A DNA stretch of 64,000 nucleotides from an uncultured bacterium (GCA_965662235.1 CBFIGY010000013.1:11867-75866), one strand, 5' to 3'. Positions 29,117-39,737 are shown, numbered from the stretch's first letter. Notes: generated from the sequence alone by a model not told the origin. Translations and numbers: made by a program.

Positions 29117-30583
29117 TCATAAGAGCCACACCCCTTTCGGGAGTTCCATCCGCAGCACCGTGCCGCGTCCAATGCGAGACGAGGCGCTCAGCTGCCCACC
29201 ATGTTCTTCTACAATGCCATAGGCGACTGCCAGTCCCATTCCGGCACTCCGTCCAACCTTGGTGCTGAAAAATGGTTCAAACACCCGTGGCAGGTGTTCT
29301 GACTCAATGCCACAGCCGGTGTCCTCCACCTCCAGCACCACCTGTTCTTCGGTCTCAAAGCTCCGGAGCCTCAGCTTCCGGGTCTCCTGCGCCTGCATCG
29401 CCTCTAGGGCGTTGAGGAGCAGCTGAAACACGGCCAGCTCCAGGGCGGCTGAGTCACAGATCACCTCCGGCTCGGGGTCAACCCACTCCTGCTCAATGGC
29501 AATGGCGTCCTCCTCAAAGCGAGCCCGGAGCAGCTCCAGGGCATGCTTAACGATGCTCTGCAGCCCCACCCGCTCCCGCTCCGTCCGGGGGTTGCGTCGG
29601 GAGAAGGCCTCCATGCTTTCCAGCAAGAACCGGATGTTCTCCAGTGCCGCCTGAACCGACTGCCCCTCGGATTCCTCAAGGCAGGGGGCTTCCTTCAACA
29701 CGTTGTTCAGGACCTGCAGCGAGTCGTCCAGCACCTCAGACAGCGACGACGAAAGGGTCCGCAAGGCGCTCATCAGCGACGAGAGCTGCTCCTGCTTCCG
29801 CTCCTGCAGCTGCTGACGCCTCAGATGGATGAGCCGGACCTCGTTCTTCAGACGGGCCTTCAGCTCTTCCCGGGAGAACGGTTTGGTGAGAAAATCCGAG
29901 GCGCCATTCCGCAGCGCCTCAATCATCGACTCCTGCTCATTGAGCGAGGTCAGGACCAGGATCGGCGCCTCCTGGTAGTGCTCATTTTCGCGGACCTGCT
30001 TGCAGAGTTCCAGGCCATCAACGTGCGGCATGAGGAGGTCCGTGAAGAGGATGTCCACCGGATGATGTCGCAGCAGCTGCAGGGCCTGCCGTCCGTCTTC
30101 GGCTGTCAGAACGCTGGCGCCATTGTGTTCCAGCAGCCGCTGCAGGAGGTTCCGCACCGATGGGGCATCATCCACGACCAGGCACCGGATGCTTTCCAGA
30201 AAGCGTTCCTGCTCCAGCAGCTCCCCGGCATAGGCCGCTAGGCTTCCTTCCAGAAAGGGCTTGAGGAACAGCTCCACCACTCCGGTTTCAAACGCCCGCT
30301 CTCGGATGGAATCCGACTCGGCAGAGGTGATGAGGATGACCGGGATGTGCGCGGTCTCCGGCTGCTGCCGAAGCTGCTGCACAAACGCCAGCCCGTCCAT
30401 GCCTTCAATCTCCAGATCGGTGGTGATCAGGTCCGGCACCCATTCCAGTGCCAGCGCCAGCGCTTCATCGGCAGAAGCCGCCTCCTCGACGGTCACTGCC
30501 TCCAGCGTCTCCAACTCCATCCGGATGAACACCCGGGCCGATGCGCTGTCATCGAGCACCAAAATGCGTCGAGGGGCTGTCAT
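29117..30583 (-). CDS. hybrid histidine kinase with two N-terminal receiver domains (REC-REC-HisKA-HATPase), paralogue of 22808-24301
   Basis: REC1: ILVLDDSASARVF...LITTDLEIEGMDG...LKPF. REC2: CLVVDDAPSVR...ILFTDLLMPHVDG...LTKPF. HATPase: VEDTGCGIESEHLPRVFEPFFSTK...GMGL. Confidence 0.85.
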   Translation of the reverse strand: MTAPRRILVLDDSASARVFIRMELETLEAVTVEEAASADEALALALEWVPDLITTDLEIEGMDGLAFVQQLRQQPETAHIPVILITSAESDSIRERAFETGVVELFLKPFLEGSLAAYAGELLEQERFLESIRCLVVDDAPSVRNLLQRLLEHNGASVLTAEDGRQALQLLRHHPVDILFTDLLMPHVDGLELCKQVRENEHYQEAPILVLTSLNEQESMIEALRNGASDFLTKPFSREELKARLKNEVRLIHLRRQQLQERKQEQLSSLMSALRTLSSSLSEVLDDSLQVLNNVLKEAPCLEESEGQSVQAALENIRFLLESMEAFSRRNPRTERERVGLQSIVKHALELLRARFEEDAIAIEQEWVDPEPEVICDSAALELAVFQLLLNALEAMQAQETRKLRLRSFETEEQVVLEVEDTGCGIESEHLPRVFEPFFSTKVGRSAGMGLAVAYGIVEEHGGQLSASSRIGRGTVLRMELPKGVWLL

Positions 30584-31419
30584 AACCGCTTGTAGGTCGC
30601 AGGCGCCACAATCCGCAACGGCAGATCAAACTCATGCAGGGTTTCCGAGTGCCCCACAAACAGGTACCCGCCACGCTTCAGGTGCGCACAGAGCCGCTGC
30701 AGCACCTGATACTGAGTTGGTTTGTCAAAGTAGATCATCACGTTCCGGTAAAACGTCACATCTGTGGAGTAGGGCATCCGGTACTGCTCATCCATGAAGT
30801 TGAGCGCAAAGAACTCCGCCCGCGACCGCAGCTGCGGGACCACCCGGACCTTTGGCAGGTCGCGGTTCTTGCTCCTCAGGAAGTACCGCTTGAGCAGAGG
30901 CAGCGGAATCCCGGTGGTTCGGTTTTCTGAATAAATGCCCTGGAGCGCCGTCTGTACGGACCCGCTGGAGACATCGGTGCCCAGAATGGAGTAGGGGTGC
31001 TTGGTCGGGACCGGGTGCTTGCGGAAGTACTCCTCCATTACCATTCCCAACGTGTACACCTCCTCTCCGGTGGAGCACCCGGCGCTCCAGATCCGCAGAG
31101 GGTACGTCCGTCCCGGAATGCGGACGAGTTCTGGAAGCACCACCTCGGCCAGGTACGTGAAGTGGTCGGGCTCCCGGAAGAAGTCCGTCTTGTGCGTGGT
31201 GACCAGGTCCACCATGAACGCCAGCTCTTCCACCGCTTCATCCTCAAAGAGGTGGTCGAGGTACTGTCCAAAGGAGGTCATGTGCAGCGCCCGGAGGCGT
31301 TTCTGGAGGCGGGTTTCCAGCATCACCCGCTTTGTCGCTGGCATCTTGACCCCCAGGTTCTCTTCAATCCAGGCGCCCAGGACCTTAAAATCAGCGGTTT
31401 GTAAGTGAATAAAACTCAT
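30580..31419 (-). CDS. cheR: chemotaxis protein methyltransferase CheR
   Basis: TTHKTDFFREPDHF...RIWSAGCSTGEEVYTLGMV...YLFVGHSE. Confidence 0.9.
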   Translation of the reverse strand: MSFIHLQTADFKVLGAWIEENLGVKMPATKRVMLETRLQKRLRALHMTSFGQYLDHLFEDEAVEELAFMVDLVTTHKTDFFREPDHFTYLAEVVLPELVRIPGRTYPLRIWSAGCSTGEEVYTLGMVMEEYFRKHPVPTKHPYSILGTDVSSGSVQTALQGIYSENRTTGIPLPLLKRYFLRSKNRDLPKVRVVPQLRSRAEFFALNFMDEQYRMPYSTDVTFYRNVMIYFDKPTQYQVLQRLCAHLKRGGYLFVGHSETLHEFDLPLRIVAPATYKRL

Positions 31420-31443
31420 GATGCGTCCAACAAAAAAACCGTG

Positions 31444-33984
31444 TCAGAGGGACTCCTGAGACGGCTGAGAAGGCTCAAACGAGCTCGGTAAGTCATCCAC
31501 CCACGCCTGCAACGCCTCCTGACTGGCCTGTGGGAGCTCAAGAAATCGGTTGACGTTACGGTCCTTGAGCATGTCCAAGGGGACGGTAAACTCGGTGATC
31601 AGACGATCATCGGTGTTGCGTTCCAGGGGGTTCAGCGTCTTGAGGTACCGGACCACTTCATGGTCCCCCATCAGGAACAGCTGAGGTAAGAACGTTTCAG
31701 GCTTCAGGCCAAAACGCTTCAAGGTGGCCGCCACCTGCGGACGGGAGGCACGACGGACCACATCGGCGTACTTGAGTCGGAAGTCGGGAGACTTGGAAGC
31801 AATCATCAGCAGGTCTCCCGGAACCGTCGAGCGCCACAGGGACACCTGGGGAAACACGGAACGGAGCGTGTAGATGAGGATCTTCAGGTTCCGGGGAGAC
31901 ATGTGGTAGGCCGGAAGCCACTGGGCCAGCATGCCGTTGGCCGACAGGCTCTGCTCCACCTGCTCGTACCATTCCAGCGAAAGCAGACTCGACTCTCCCT
32001 TGATCCAGGGATTCGAGGGCTGTGAGATGATCAGGTCAAACGGTTCCTTCTCACTGATGAGGAAGCTCCGGGCATCCCGAGCCACCACCGTGGAGCGGGC
32101 GTCATGAAGAACACCGTGGTTGTAGCGCTCAAAGAAGGAGGCTGCCCGGACCACAGCAGGCGAGATTTCCGCGGTGATCAGGGTTTCTGGATCGTGCAGC
32201 AACGCTGTGCCACTGGTGATGCCACTGCCCAGGCCCACCACAAACACGCGCTCCGGATTGGGGTGCAGGATCATCGGAAGCGAAGCCAACAGGGTCTGGG
32301 TGGGCATGTCGCCACTTCCCCCGGCACTCGCATCCACCTTGCCGTTGATCATCAGGCTCCGTTTGCCCTCGGCACTGTCCATGACCGCCACGGTTGCCAC
32401 TGGGCCCATCTCGTAGTAGACCATCTCAAACTTCCGCATCGCGGCTTCCCACACCAGCGACTGCTTCGCCTGCGACACATCCTCTCGCTCCAGGGCCATC
32501 AGGTTGTAGTTCCGGGAGGAGTCGTAGTACTGGTTGGCATAGAGGTAAACACCACTGCTCATCAACCGAGGCGACCACGGCTGATTCAGCAACAGGCTCA
32601 ACGCCGCCACAAAGGTCGTGGGAATCGCCCACCGGAGCCGAAGCCCCGGGGTCCACTCCGGGTGACTCATGAGGATCGCTAGGCCGATGGCAAAGCTGAT
32701 CACCGCTCCCAGCGTGACGGTGCCCTGCATGCCCATGCCGGGAACCAGGACCACTCCGGCGAGCGCGGCTCCGATCATGGCGCCCATTGTGTTGACGCCG
32801 AACACACGGCCCACGGCCTTGCTCGGAGAACGCGTGTTGGCCCCCAGTGCCGCACAGACCGTGGGGAACATCATTCCCATGGCAATCGTGGGGACCAGCA
32901 TCACCAGTGCGGCCAAAAGGAAACGCAGCACCTGCACGCCTCCCCAGGTGTCCAACAGCTCGCGGTGCAGCGACAGGTACAGGAACGGCAACCGCTCCAT
33001 GAGGATGTTTGCAACGAGCACCGATACGGCCAGCACCAGCTGCAGGAGCACATAGAGGGTCCGGGGCGAAAGACGTTGGTCCAGGTGCCGGTAGGCGTAG
33101 CTCCCAATGGCAATGCCCAGGAGAAACGTTGCCAAAATGGTGGTGAAGGCATACGACGTGGTTCCCAACAGCATGCTCAGGGTCCGGTTCCAGGCAACCT
33201 GGTACCCGAGCGCAACCGCGCCAGAGAGGCCGTAGCTCCAGAAGATGAGCCGAGCATTGAAGGAAAGACGGGGCAGCGGCTCCTCATGCAGCGGCAGGGT
33301 CGAATCGGCTCCCCCCTTGCGCTGGTGCAGCATCCAGAATCCCACCCCAATCAGGAGGTTGAGGGAGGCGGCAATCCAGGTGGTCCCAGAGTGTCCCAAA
33401 AACCGGAGCAGCAGGTACCCGGTCACCAGGGTTCCGGTGAGGGCCCCAAAGGTGTTGGCAGAGTACAGCCGCGCCGTGTTGACCGCCAGCAGACGCTCAG
33501 TCCGGGTCAGGTACCGGCTCATCAGCGGCAGCGTTCCTCCCATCAAGAACGTCGGTGGCGCCAGCAGCAGCACCCCAAAGAAGAAAGGCACCAGGGTCCG
33601 GGACTCGGCCAGGAGCGGAAACTGCTGATACAGCATCGCATGCAGCGCCTGGGCGCCCTCCACCAGAAAGGGGAAGAGGAGGGCGTAACCGCCAATCCCC
33701 CCTTCGAGGAAGGCATACGTTCGAGCCAGCTGAGTTTCCCCCCAGAGGTCCCCCTGCTTCCCAAACCACCAGCCCCCCCAAGCCAGCCCCCCCATGAAGC
33801 CCGTCAGGATCACCGTCACTGCGGTTGTGGACGACCCTAAAAAGTTGGTCAGGGTCCGGATCCAGATCACCTCATACGCGAGGCTGGCGGCCCCGGAACC
33901 AAAGAAGAACAGCGTCAGCCACTGCTCAAGCTTCAGGCCCAAGAGGGTCGCATTGAGGGGGGTGCGGGCGGGGGAGGGTGTCAT
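31444..33984 (-). CDS. fused polytopic membrane domain + spermidine synthase-like (aminopropyltransferase fold) protein
   Basis: About 12 predicted TM helices in the N-terminal 450 aa. C-terminal PABS-like fold: ERVFVVGLGSGITSGTAL...DLIISQPSNPWIKGESSLLSLEWYE. Confidence 0.75.
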   Translation of the reverse strand: MTPSPARTPLNATLLGLKLEQWLTLFFFGSGAASLAYEVIWIRTLTNFLGSSTTAVTVILTGFMGGLAWGGWWFGKQGDLWGETQLARTYAFLEGGIGGYALLFPFLVEGAQALHAMLYQQFPLLAESRTLVPFFFGVLLLAPPTFLMGGTLPLMSRYLTRTERLLAVNTARLYSANTFGALTGTLVTGYLLLRFLGHSGTTWIAASLNLLIGVGFWMLHQRKGGADSTLPLHEEPLPRLSFNARLIFWSYGLSGAVALGYQVAWNRTLSMLLGTTSYAFTTILATFLLGIAIGSYAYRHLDQRLSPRTLYVLLQLVLAVSVLVANILMERLPFLYLSLHRELLDTWGGVQVLRFLLAALVMLVPTIAMGMMFPTVCAALGANTRSPSKAVGRVFGVNTMGAMIGAALAGVVLVPGMGMQGTVTLGAVISFAIGLAILMSHPEWTPGLRLRWAIPTTFVAALSLLLNQPWSPRLMSSGVYLYANQYYDSSRNYNLMALEREDVSQAKQSLVWEAAMRKFEMVYYEMGPVATVAVMDSAEGKRSLMINGKVDASAGGSGDMPTQTLLASLPMILHPNPERVFVVGLGSGITSGTALLHDPETLITAEISPAVVRAASFFERYNHGVLHDARSTVVARDARSFLISEKEPFDLIISQPSNPWIKGESSLLSLEWYEQVEQSLSANGMLAQWLPAYHMSPRNLKILIYTLRSVFPQVSLWRSTVPGDLLMIASKSPDFRLKYADVVRRASRPQVAATLKRFGLKPETFLPQLFLMGDHEVVRYLKTLNPLERNTDDRLITEFTVPLDMLKDRNVNRFLELPQASQEALQAWVDDLPSSFEPSQPSQESL

Positions 33985-34071
33985 GAGAATGCTGTTTCGT
34001 CCGTTTCAGGGAAGGGGGAAAAGGAAAGAGGAGGGAAGCTCCCTCCCCCAGTCAAGGTGCTAGAGGAAGCC

Positions 34072-34581
34072 CTACTGATCTTCAGGCAGGGCGACTTCGC
34101 TGAGGTTCTGAGCCAGGCTCAGTTCATCCAGGGTGAAGATCTTTTCCAGATCCAGGATGGTGATGAAGCGCTCATCGCGCTTTCCCATCCCCCGGATGAA
34201 GTCGATGTGCAGCCGCGTTCCCAGCCGTGGAGGCGGGGTGATGTCCTCGGTGTCGAGGTCGATCACTTCCTGAACCGAGTCGGCCAGGGCTCCCAGCATG
34301 GTGCTTTCGCCGTCAATGGTGACTTCAATGACAATGACGCTGGTGTTGACCGTTTTTTCCACACGGCCGATGCCAAACTTCAGGCGCATGTCCACCACCG
34401 GCACCACGCTGCCCCGGAGGTTGATGATGCCCCGCATGAAGTCCGGCGTTTTCGGCACCTTGGTCACACTGTCAAACTGCAGAACCTCCCGGACGTTGCT
34501 GATGGAAAACGCATAGATTTCCTGGTCCAGCACAAAGGTCAGGTACTGATTGGAGATCGTCGACTGATCTTCTTCGCTCAT
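34072..34581 (-). CDS. cheW: chemotaxis coupling protein CheW
   Basis: YLTFVLDQEIYAFSISNVREVL...RGIINLRGSVVPVVDMRLKFG. Single CheW domain, 169 aa. Confidence 0.9.
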   Translation of the reverse strand: MSEEDQSTISNQYLTFVLDQEIYAFSISNVREVLQFDSVTKVPKTPDFMRGIINLRGSVVPVVDMRLKFGIGRVEKTVNTSVIVIEVTIDGESTMLGALADSVQEVIDLDTEDITPPPRLGTRLHIDFIRGMGKRDERFITILDLEKIFTLDELSLAQNLSEVALPEDQ

Positions 34582-34651
34582 ATCACTCCTTAATGTTCGT
34601 CAAACCGCAGAAACCGGGTGACCTCCCCCTCCGTAGAGGGGGAGGGGCGAC

Positions 34652-36784
34652 TCAGAACCGCTCGAAGTCCTCATCTGCAGAGTCGGCTCCGCCCATGTCG
34701 AGGTCCACTCCACCACTCTTCTGCGATCCGCTCTTCTTTGGAGGAGCAATCTGCTTCGGTTTGTCTCCACCCGACTTGGCGCCACCGCCCTGGCTCTTTG
34801 AGGACGGGTGATGCGGAAGGTGCGCAATCTTGGTGTGCGCTCCCTGTCGGTGGAGGCTATGCCGGGAGCTCTCCAACTTGAAGAACAGCATGGCCTGCTG
34901 CAGCTGCTCGGCCTGAGAGCTCATTTCCTCTGTAGTGGAGGCGAGTTCCTCAGAGGCCGCCGCGTTTTGCTGCACCACCTGGTCCAGCTGCTGGATGGCG
35001 GCATTGATCTGCTGGGATCCGGAGTTCTGCTCCCGGGACGCAGCACTGATTTCCTGGACCAGCTCGGCCGTCCGTTGGATATCAGGTACCAGTTGCTCCA
35101 GCATCTTTCCTGCCGTCTGTGCCACCTCAACGCTGCTGCTGGCCAGGGTGTTGATCTCAGCAGCAGCCGTTTGGCTCCGTTCCGCGAGCTTCCGGACCTC
35201 AGAGGCCACCACGGCAAAGCCCTTGCCATGCTCACCAGCCCGGGCAGCTTCAATGGCCGCGTTGAGGGCCAGCAGGTTGGTCTGCCGGGCGATCTCTTCA
35301 ATGATGGAGATCTTGTCAGCAATCTGGTTCATCGCTGTCACCGTGTTGACCACAGCGTCTCCTCCCTCACGGGCGTCATCCGCCGCCTTGCGGGCAATCT
35401 TCTCCGTCTGCACCGCGTTGTCGGTGTTCTGCTGAATGTTGGACCCCATTTCCTCCATGGAGGAGGAAACTTCCTCGACCGATGAAGCCTGTTCCGAAGC
35501 TCCCTGCGAGAGCTCCTGTGCCGTGGAGCTGACCTCCTGGGCTCCTGAAGCAACGTTGTCCGAGGCGTTCCGGACCGTCTCCACAATCTCACGGAGCCGC
35601 TCCGTCATCTGCTCAATGGACGCCAGGATGCCGGAGTTCCGTTTCCCTGCACGGCCCTGGTTGAAGTCCACATCCAGGTCTCCGCCAGCCACCTTGTCCA
35701 CCATGATCCCAATCTCAGCAGGTTCTCCTCCCACCTGTCGGACAATGGACAGAACCACCCAGAGGGCAATCCCCAGCCCCAGGATCAGGCTCACGACAAT
35801 GAGGATGAGCAGGTTGTTCCGGGTGTCTTCATAGAGGGCGTCACTGGAAAGCTTGATGGTCTCCAAGTCATCTTCGTTCTTCTGAACAATGTTGGCCATG
35901 ATGGCAATCGACTTGTCGTTCAGCTCCCGGCCTTGGCCAACTGAGAGGTTGAAGGCCTTGGTGTTTCCGTTCTCCCGGGTGATGGACTGCACCTCCTGAT
36001 TATGACTGAGGTAGTCCTGATAAAGGGGGCGGAATTCCCGGATGAGGGCCCGTCCCTGATTGGAGGAAACCTGCTCCAGCTCGTTGAGCCGCGACTCCAG
36101 TTCCTTCCGGATTTGCTCGGTCGCTTGGGCGTACTGATCCATGTCCTTGTCGGTGGTGGAGAGAATGACGTTCTTCTCCGCCCGTTGCAGCTCGACTAGG
36201 TTCTGGTTGATGCGAGCCCCCAGCTTGATGCGGTTGACGATCACCCGGAGGGTCTCCAGGTCCAGGGCTTCATCGGCCTGCCGGTCATTGAGGTCCACCA
36301 CCTGCGTCATCACCGCTGCCGCCTTGTCAAAGGCAGCGCGGGAGTCATTTTTGGAAAGCTCCTGTGCCCGGACGTTCGAGTTCAGACGTGAGAAGCTTCG
36401 GACCTCCTGATGGACCTTCATGTAGTCGTTGAAGGCGGTACCAAAGGAGTCCAGCTCTCGCTTTCCGGCTTCATCGGCCAGTTCCCGGAGTTCTCCGCGC
36501 CGCGAGTCCATATCCGCTCGGATGCCATCAATTTCCTTGGCATAGACATCCATGTCCTCCTGGGTCTTGGCCAGGATCATGTTCTTCTCCGCCCGGGAGA
36601 TGGCCACAATGCCCTGGTTGATCCGGGCCGCCAGTTTGATCTTGACGGCTGTGTTATCAGCCACAAAGTTCAGCTGATCATTGACCCCGCCGAGCCCATT
36701 GATTCCCATCCAGGAGCTGATCGCCATCAGGACCAGGATGATGATGAATCCACCGAAGAGCTGCGTCTTCATGTTGATTCGCAT
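34652..36784 (-). CDS. methyl-accepting chemotaxis protein (TM sensor, HAMP, signalling domain, long flexible C-terminal tether)
   Basis: [37 protein letters not shown] (canonical MCP tip). HAMP: [14 protein letters not shown]-terminal Lys/Gly/Ser-rich tether of about 50 aa ending DEDFERF. Confidence 0.9.
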   Translation of the reverse strand: MRINMKTQLFGGFIIILVLMAISSWMGINGLGGVNDQLNFVADNTAVKIKLAARINQGIVAISRAEKNMILAKTQEDMDVYAKEIDGIRADMDSRRGELRELADEAGKRELDSFGTAFNDYMKVHQEVRSFSRLNSNVRAQELSKNDSRAAFDKAAAVMTQVVDLNDRQADEALDLETLRVIVNRIKLGARINQNLVELQRAEKNVILSTTDKDMDQYAQATEQIRKELESRLNELEQVSSNQGRALIREFRPLYQDYLSHNQEVQSITRENGNTKAFNLSVGQGRELNDKSIAIMANIVQKNEDDLETIKLSSDALYEDTRNNLLILIVVSLILGLGIALWVVLSIVRQVGGEPAEIGIMVDKVAGGDLDVDFNQGRAGKRNSGILASIEQMTERLREIVETVRNASDNVASGAQEVSSTAQELSQGASEQASSVEEVSSSMEEMGSNIQQNTDNAVQTEKIARKAADDAREGGDAVVNTVTAMNQIADKISIIEEIARQTNLLALNAAIEAARAGEHGKGFAVVASEVRKLAERSQTAAAEINTLASSSVEVAQTAGKMLEQLVPDIQRTAELVQEISAASREQNSGSQQINAAIQQLDQVVQQNAAASEELASTTEEMSSQAEQLQQAMLFFKLESSRHSLHRQGAHTKIAHLPHHPSSKSQGGGAKSGGDKPKQIAPPKKSGSQKSGGVDLDMGGADSADEDFERF

Positions 36785-36827
36785 AAGTACCTCATCAGAT
36801 GAAGTGTTGGAAAAGCATGGATGGGAA

Positions 36828-37118
36828 CTAGCCTCTCACCCAATTCAAGTAACCAAAGCCCCCCTCCTCAAGTGCCTCACCCAAGGCACCAGGCAGGGGT
36901 CGCTCCAGTTGCAGGTCAATGCCCTTGCTGCGGGCGAGCAAGTAAGCGGCATGGATCAGCTGCACGCCCGCAACATCGGCCCGCTCCATGGAACCCCATG
37001 CGATCCGGATCTCCTCCGGATTCTGCTGAAAGGCATTCAGGAGTGTTTGTTGATGACGTGCCACTGTGTGGATGGTCAGGTCCCCCTGCAGCGAGACCGT
37101 CTGCGGATTGGAACTCAT
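36828..37118 (-). CDS. STAS-domain protein (anti-sigma-factor-antagonist-like), translationally coupled to the cheA upstream
   Basis: 96-aa SpoIIAA-like pattern [12 protein letters not shown]...[23 protein letters not shown]. Its start overlaps the stop of the cheA at 37115 by 4 nt. Confidence 0.65.
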   Translation of the reverse strand: MSSNPQTVSLQGDLTIHTVARHQQTLLNAFQQNPEEIRIAWGSMERADVAGVQLIHAAYLLARSKGIDLQLERPLPGALGEALEEGGFGYLNWVRG

Positions 37119-39322
37119 GACGCCTCCTGATTTTTGGAGCCCCCCGCCTTTTGCGTCAGCGTGAGGACGTCCAAGATGAGGGCGATGCCACCATCGCCCA
37201 AAATCGTTGCCCCGGAGATGCCGACCACGTTCTTGTACAGCGATCCGAGGTTCTTGATCACCGTCTGGTGCTCTCCCACCACGTAGTCGACAACAAAGCC
37301 AATGGGCGCCCCTTCGTCAATGATCACCACCTGCTGAATCGCAGGAGGGGTTCCGGAGACATCAAACATCTCACGGATGTAGAGGTAGGGGACGAGGTCG
37401 TCCCGAACCTGCATGACCTGACCACGGGTGCTGTTTTCAATCTCTGTGGTCCGGAGCTCCACCACCTCGTCCACAGAGGAGAGGGGGATGATGAAGCTCT
37501 CGTCGCCGACCCGTACCAGCATGCCTTCAATGATGGCCAGGGTCAGGGGGAGACGGAACGACAGCTTGGTGCCGGCGCCCATTGTGCTGGAAAGGCTCAC
37601 GTGTCCGCCGAGGGACTCGATGTTGCGCTTGACGACGTCCATGCCCACCCCTCTTCCGGAGAGGCTGCTGACGGACTTGGCGGTTGAGAAGCCCGGCATG
37701 AAGATCAGCTCATGCAGCTCCTGCTCAGTCAGCTCAACATCCGGACGGATGAGGCCCCGTTCAATGGCTTTTTTCTTGATGACCTCGGCGTCCAGCCCCC
37801 CACCGTCATCACTCACCTCAATGACCACCTTGGCCCCCACGTGTCGGGCGCTGAGGTGAATGTGCCCCTGCCGAGGCTTACCCTTCGCTTGGCGGGCTTC
37901 TGGATCCTCAATGCCGTGTCCCATGCTGTTGCGGATGATGTGGACCAGCGGATCATTGAGCTGCTCAATCACGGACTTGTCCAGCTCCGTGTCTTCTCCC
38001 TCCGTCGTCAGCCGAACCTCCTTCCCCAGCTCCGAGGAGAGGTCTCGGATGAGGCGCTTGAAGCGGCCAAACAGGGTTCCGATGGGGAGCATGCGGATGC
38101 CCATGGTCGTGTCCCGCAGATCAGCGGTGAGGCGCTCCACCTCTTCCGAGAGCAGCAGCAGCTCCGAATCGCTGCGGTGCTTGACGGTCTGGCTCAGACG
38201 GGCCTGCACGGTCACCAATTCTCCCACCAGGTCCACCAGCGTGTTGAGCTTCCAGAAGGGCACCCGGATGGTGGAGGTGTTGGCCTGCTCCCGGGTCCGC
38301 TCCTGCTCCCGTCGGTGCTCCTGCTCCCGGTTGCGGAAAAGCTGCTGCTCGTTGAGGGCCGAGACAATGTGTCCTTCATCCACCCCTTGCTCCAGCAGGA
38401 TCTCACCGATGCGGCGCTCATCGTCTTCCTCAATCTCCCGGATCTTCAGATCACAGTCGTCTTCCACAAACATGAAGACGTCCCGGACGGCATTGATGCC
38501 CCGGTCGGTCCGGAGGAGGATCTCCCAGTACACCCGGCACTCCTCGGGGTTGAACTGATCAAGGGGGAGGATCTTTTCGGTTTGGGCCACCACGTTGCCT
38601 TCGCCCAGCTCCAGCAGCTCCCGTAGGAGCAAAAGCGGGTTGGTGCCCCCCTTGAAGAGCTGAGGCTCCGGCTTGAAGCTGATGCGGTAGGTCTGGTTGG
38701 CCTTTTCTTCATCTGGACTTTCGGCGTCCAGGTGTGGCTGGGGCGCTTGCGGTAGGTCTTCAAAGAACCCGTAGCCCAGGTCTTCTTCGGCAGAGGCCGG
38801 TTCTGGTTCTGGGGCGGCCACCGGTTCTGGTGCAGCGGCAGATTCAGAGGCTTCCACAGGAGCCGGAGTCGCCACCGGCTCGGCCACAGGAGCTGGCTTC
38901 GGAGCCGCAGAGGCCGGGACGTCATCGTCAACGCCCTGAGCGAGAAAGTCCCGAAGGCGCTGAATCAAGCCACTCAGAGCCCCCGAGTCACTTTCCTGTC
39001 CCCCTTCCACTTCCTCCAGCATGCGGTTGAGGCGGTCATGAACCTCCAGCGTCAAGCCGATCAGGTTGTGCGTCACCCGGCGGGTGCCGACCCGGACCTG
39101 GTCGAAGATGGTTTCCATCTCATGAGTGAGCGAGGCGATCTTATCGAACCCGAACATGGAGCCCGACCCCTTGAGGGTGTGCATGACGCGGAAGGTCCGG
39201 TTGACCAGTTCCGGATTGTCCGGATCCTCCTCCAACTCCAGGAGCAGCTGCTCCAGCTCGTCGTTCAGCTCACGTGCTTCCTCGAGGAAGACGAGCCGTC
39301 CTCGTTCAAATGCCGAAGCCAT
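37115..39322 (-). CDS. cheA: chemotaxis histidine kinase CheA (P1 HPt, Pro/Ala linker, P3, P4 HATPase, P5 CheW)
   Basis: HPt: FRVMHTLKGSGSMFGF. HATPase: LVHIIRNSMGHGIE...SGRGVGMDVV. C-terminal CheW-like domain. The TAATG stop/start overlaps cheY. Confidence 0.9.
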   Translation of the reverse strand: MASAFERGRLVFLEEARELNDELEQLLLELEEDPDNPELVNRTFRVMHTLKGSGSMFGFDKIASLTHEMETIFDQVRVGTRRVTHNLIGLTLEVHDRLNRMLEEVEGGQESDSGALSGLIQRLRDFLAQGVDDDVPASAAPKPAPVAEPVATPAPVEASESAAAPEPVAAPEPEPASAEEDLGYGFFEDLPQAPQPHLDAESPDEEKANQTYRISFKPEPQLFKGGTNPLLLLRELLELGEGNVVAQTEKILPLDQFNPEECRVYWEILLRTDRGINAVRDVFMFVEDDCDLKIREIEEDDERRIGEILLEQGVDEGHIVSALNEQQLFRNREQEHRREQERTREQANTSTIRVPFWKLNTLVDLVGELVTVQARLSQTVKHRSDSELLLLSEEVERLTADLRDTTMGIRMLPIGTLFGRFKRLIRDLSSELGKEVRLTTEGEDTELDKSVIEQLNDPLVHIIRNSMGHGIEDPEARQAKGKPRQGHIHLSARHVGAKVVIEVSDDGGGLDAEVIKKKAIERGLIRPDVELTEQELHELIFMPGFSTAKSVSSLSGRGVGMDVVKRNIESLGGHVSLSSTMGAGTKLSFRLPLTLAIIEGMLVRVGDESFIIPLSSVDEVVELRTTEIENSTRGQVMQVRDDLVPYLYIREMFDVSGTPPAIQQVVIIDEGAPIGFVVDYVVGEHQTVIKNLGSLYKNVVGISGATILGDGGIALILDVLTLTQKAGGSKNQEAS

Positions 39323-39684
39323 TACCCAAGCACTTTCTTGGTCACCGCGATCAGACGCTGGGGATCAAAGGGTTTGATAATCCATCCGGTGGCGCCGACT
39401 TCCTTGGCCTCTTGCTTCTTGGTGGCTTCAGACTCCGTTGTCAGGACAATCACCGGCACAAACTTGTAGTCAGGGTGCTGCCGCACAGCCTGAATGACTC
39501 CAATGCCGTTGAGGTTGGGCATGTGCAGGTCCGTAATCACCATGTCAATCTGCCCACTCAGCCGGTTGACGGCATCCTGCCCGTCCTCTGCGGCCTCCAC
39601 GGTATAGCCGGCCTCTTCGAGAGTCAGGCGGACCATCTGCCGGACGCTGTTGGAGTCGTCAGCGATGAGGATACGTTTGCTCAT
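39322..39684 (-). CDS. cheY: chemotaxis response regulator CheY
   Basis: MSKRILIADDSNSVR...MVITDLHMPNLNG...VIVLTTES...IIKPF. Confidence 0.9.
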   Translation of the reverse strand: MSKRILIADDSNSVRQMVRLTLEEAGYTVEAAEDGQDAVNRLSGQIDMVITDLHMPNLNGIGVIQAVRQHPDYKFVPVIVLTTESEATKKQEAKEVGATGWIIKPFDPQRLIAVTKKVLG

Positions 39685-39737
39685 ATGCTGGTCTCAGTTA
39701 CTTGATGAAATGCCGCTGATGGACCCGACACGCGGGA

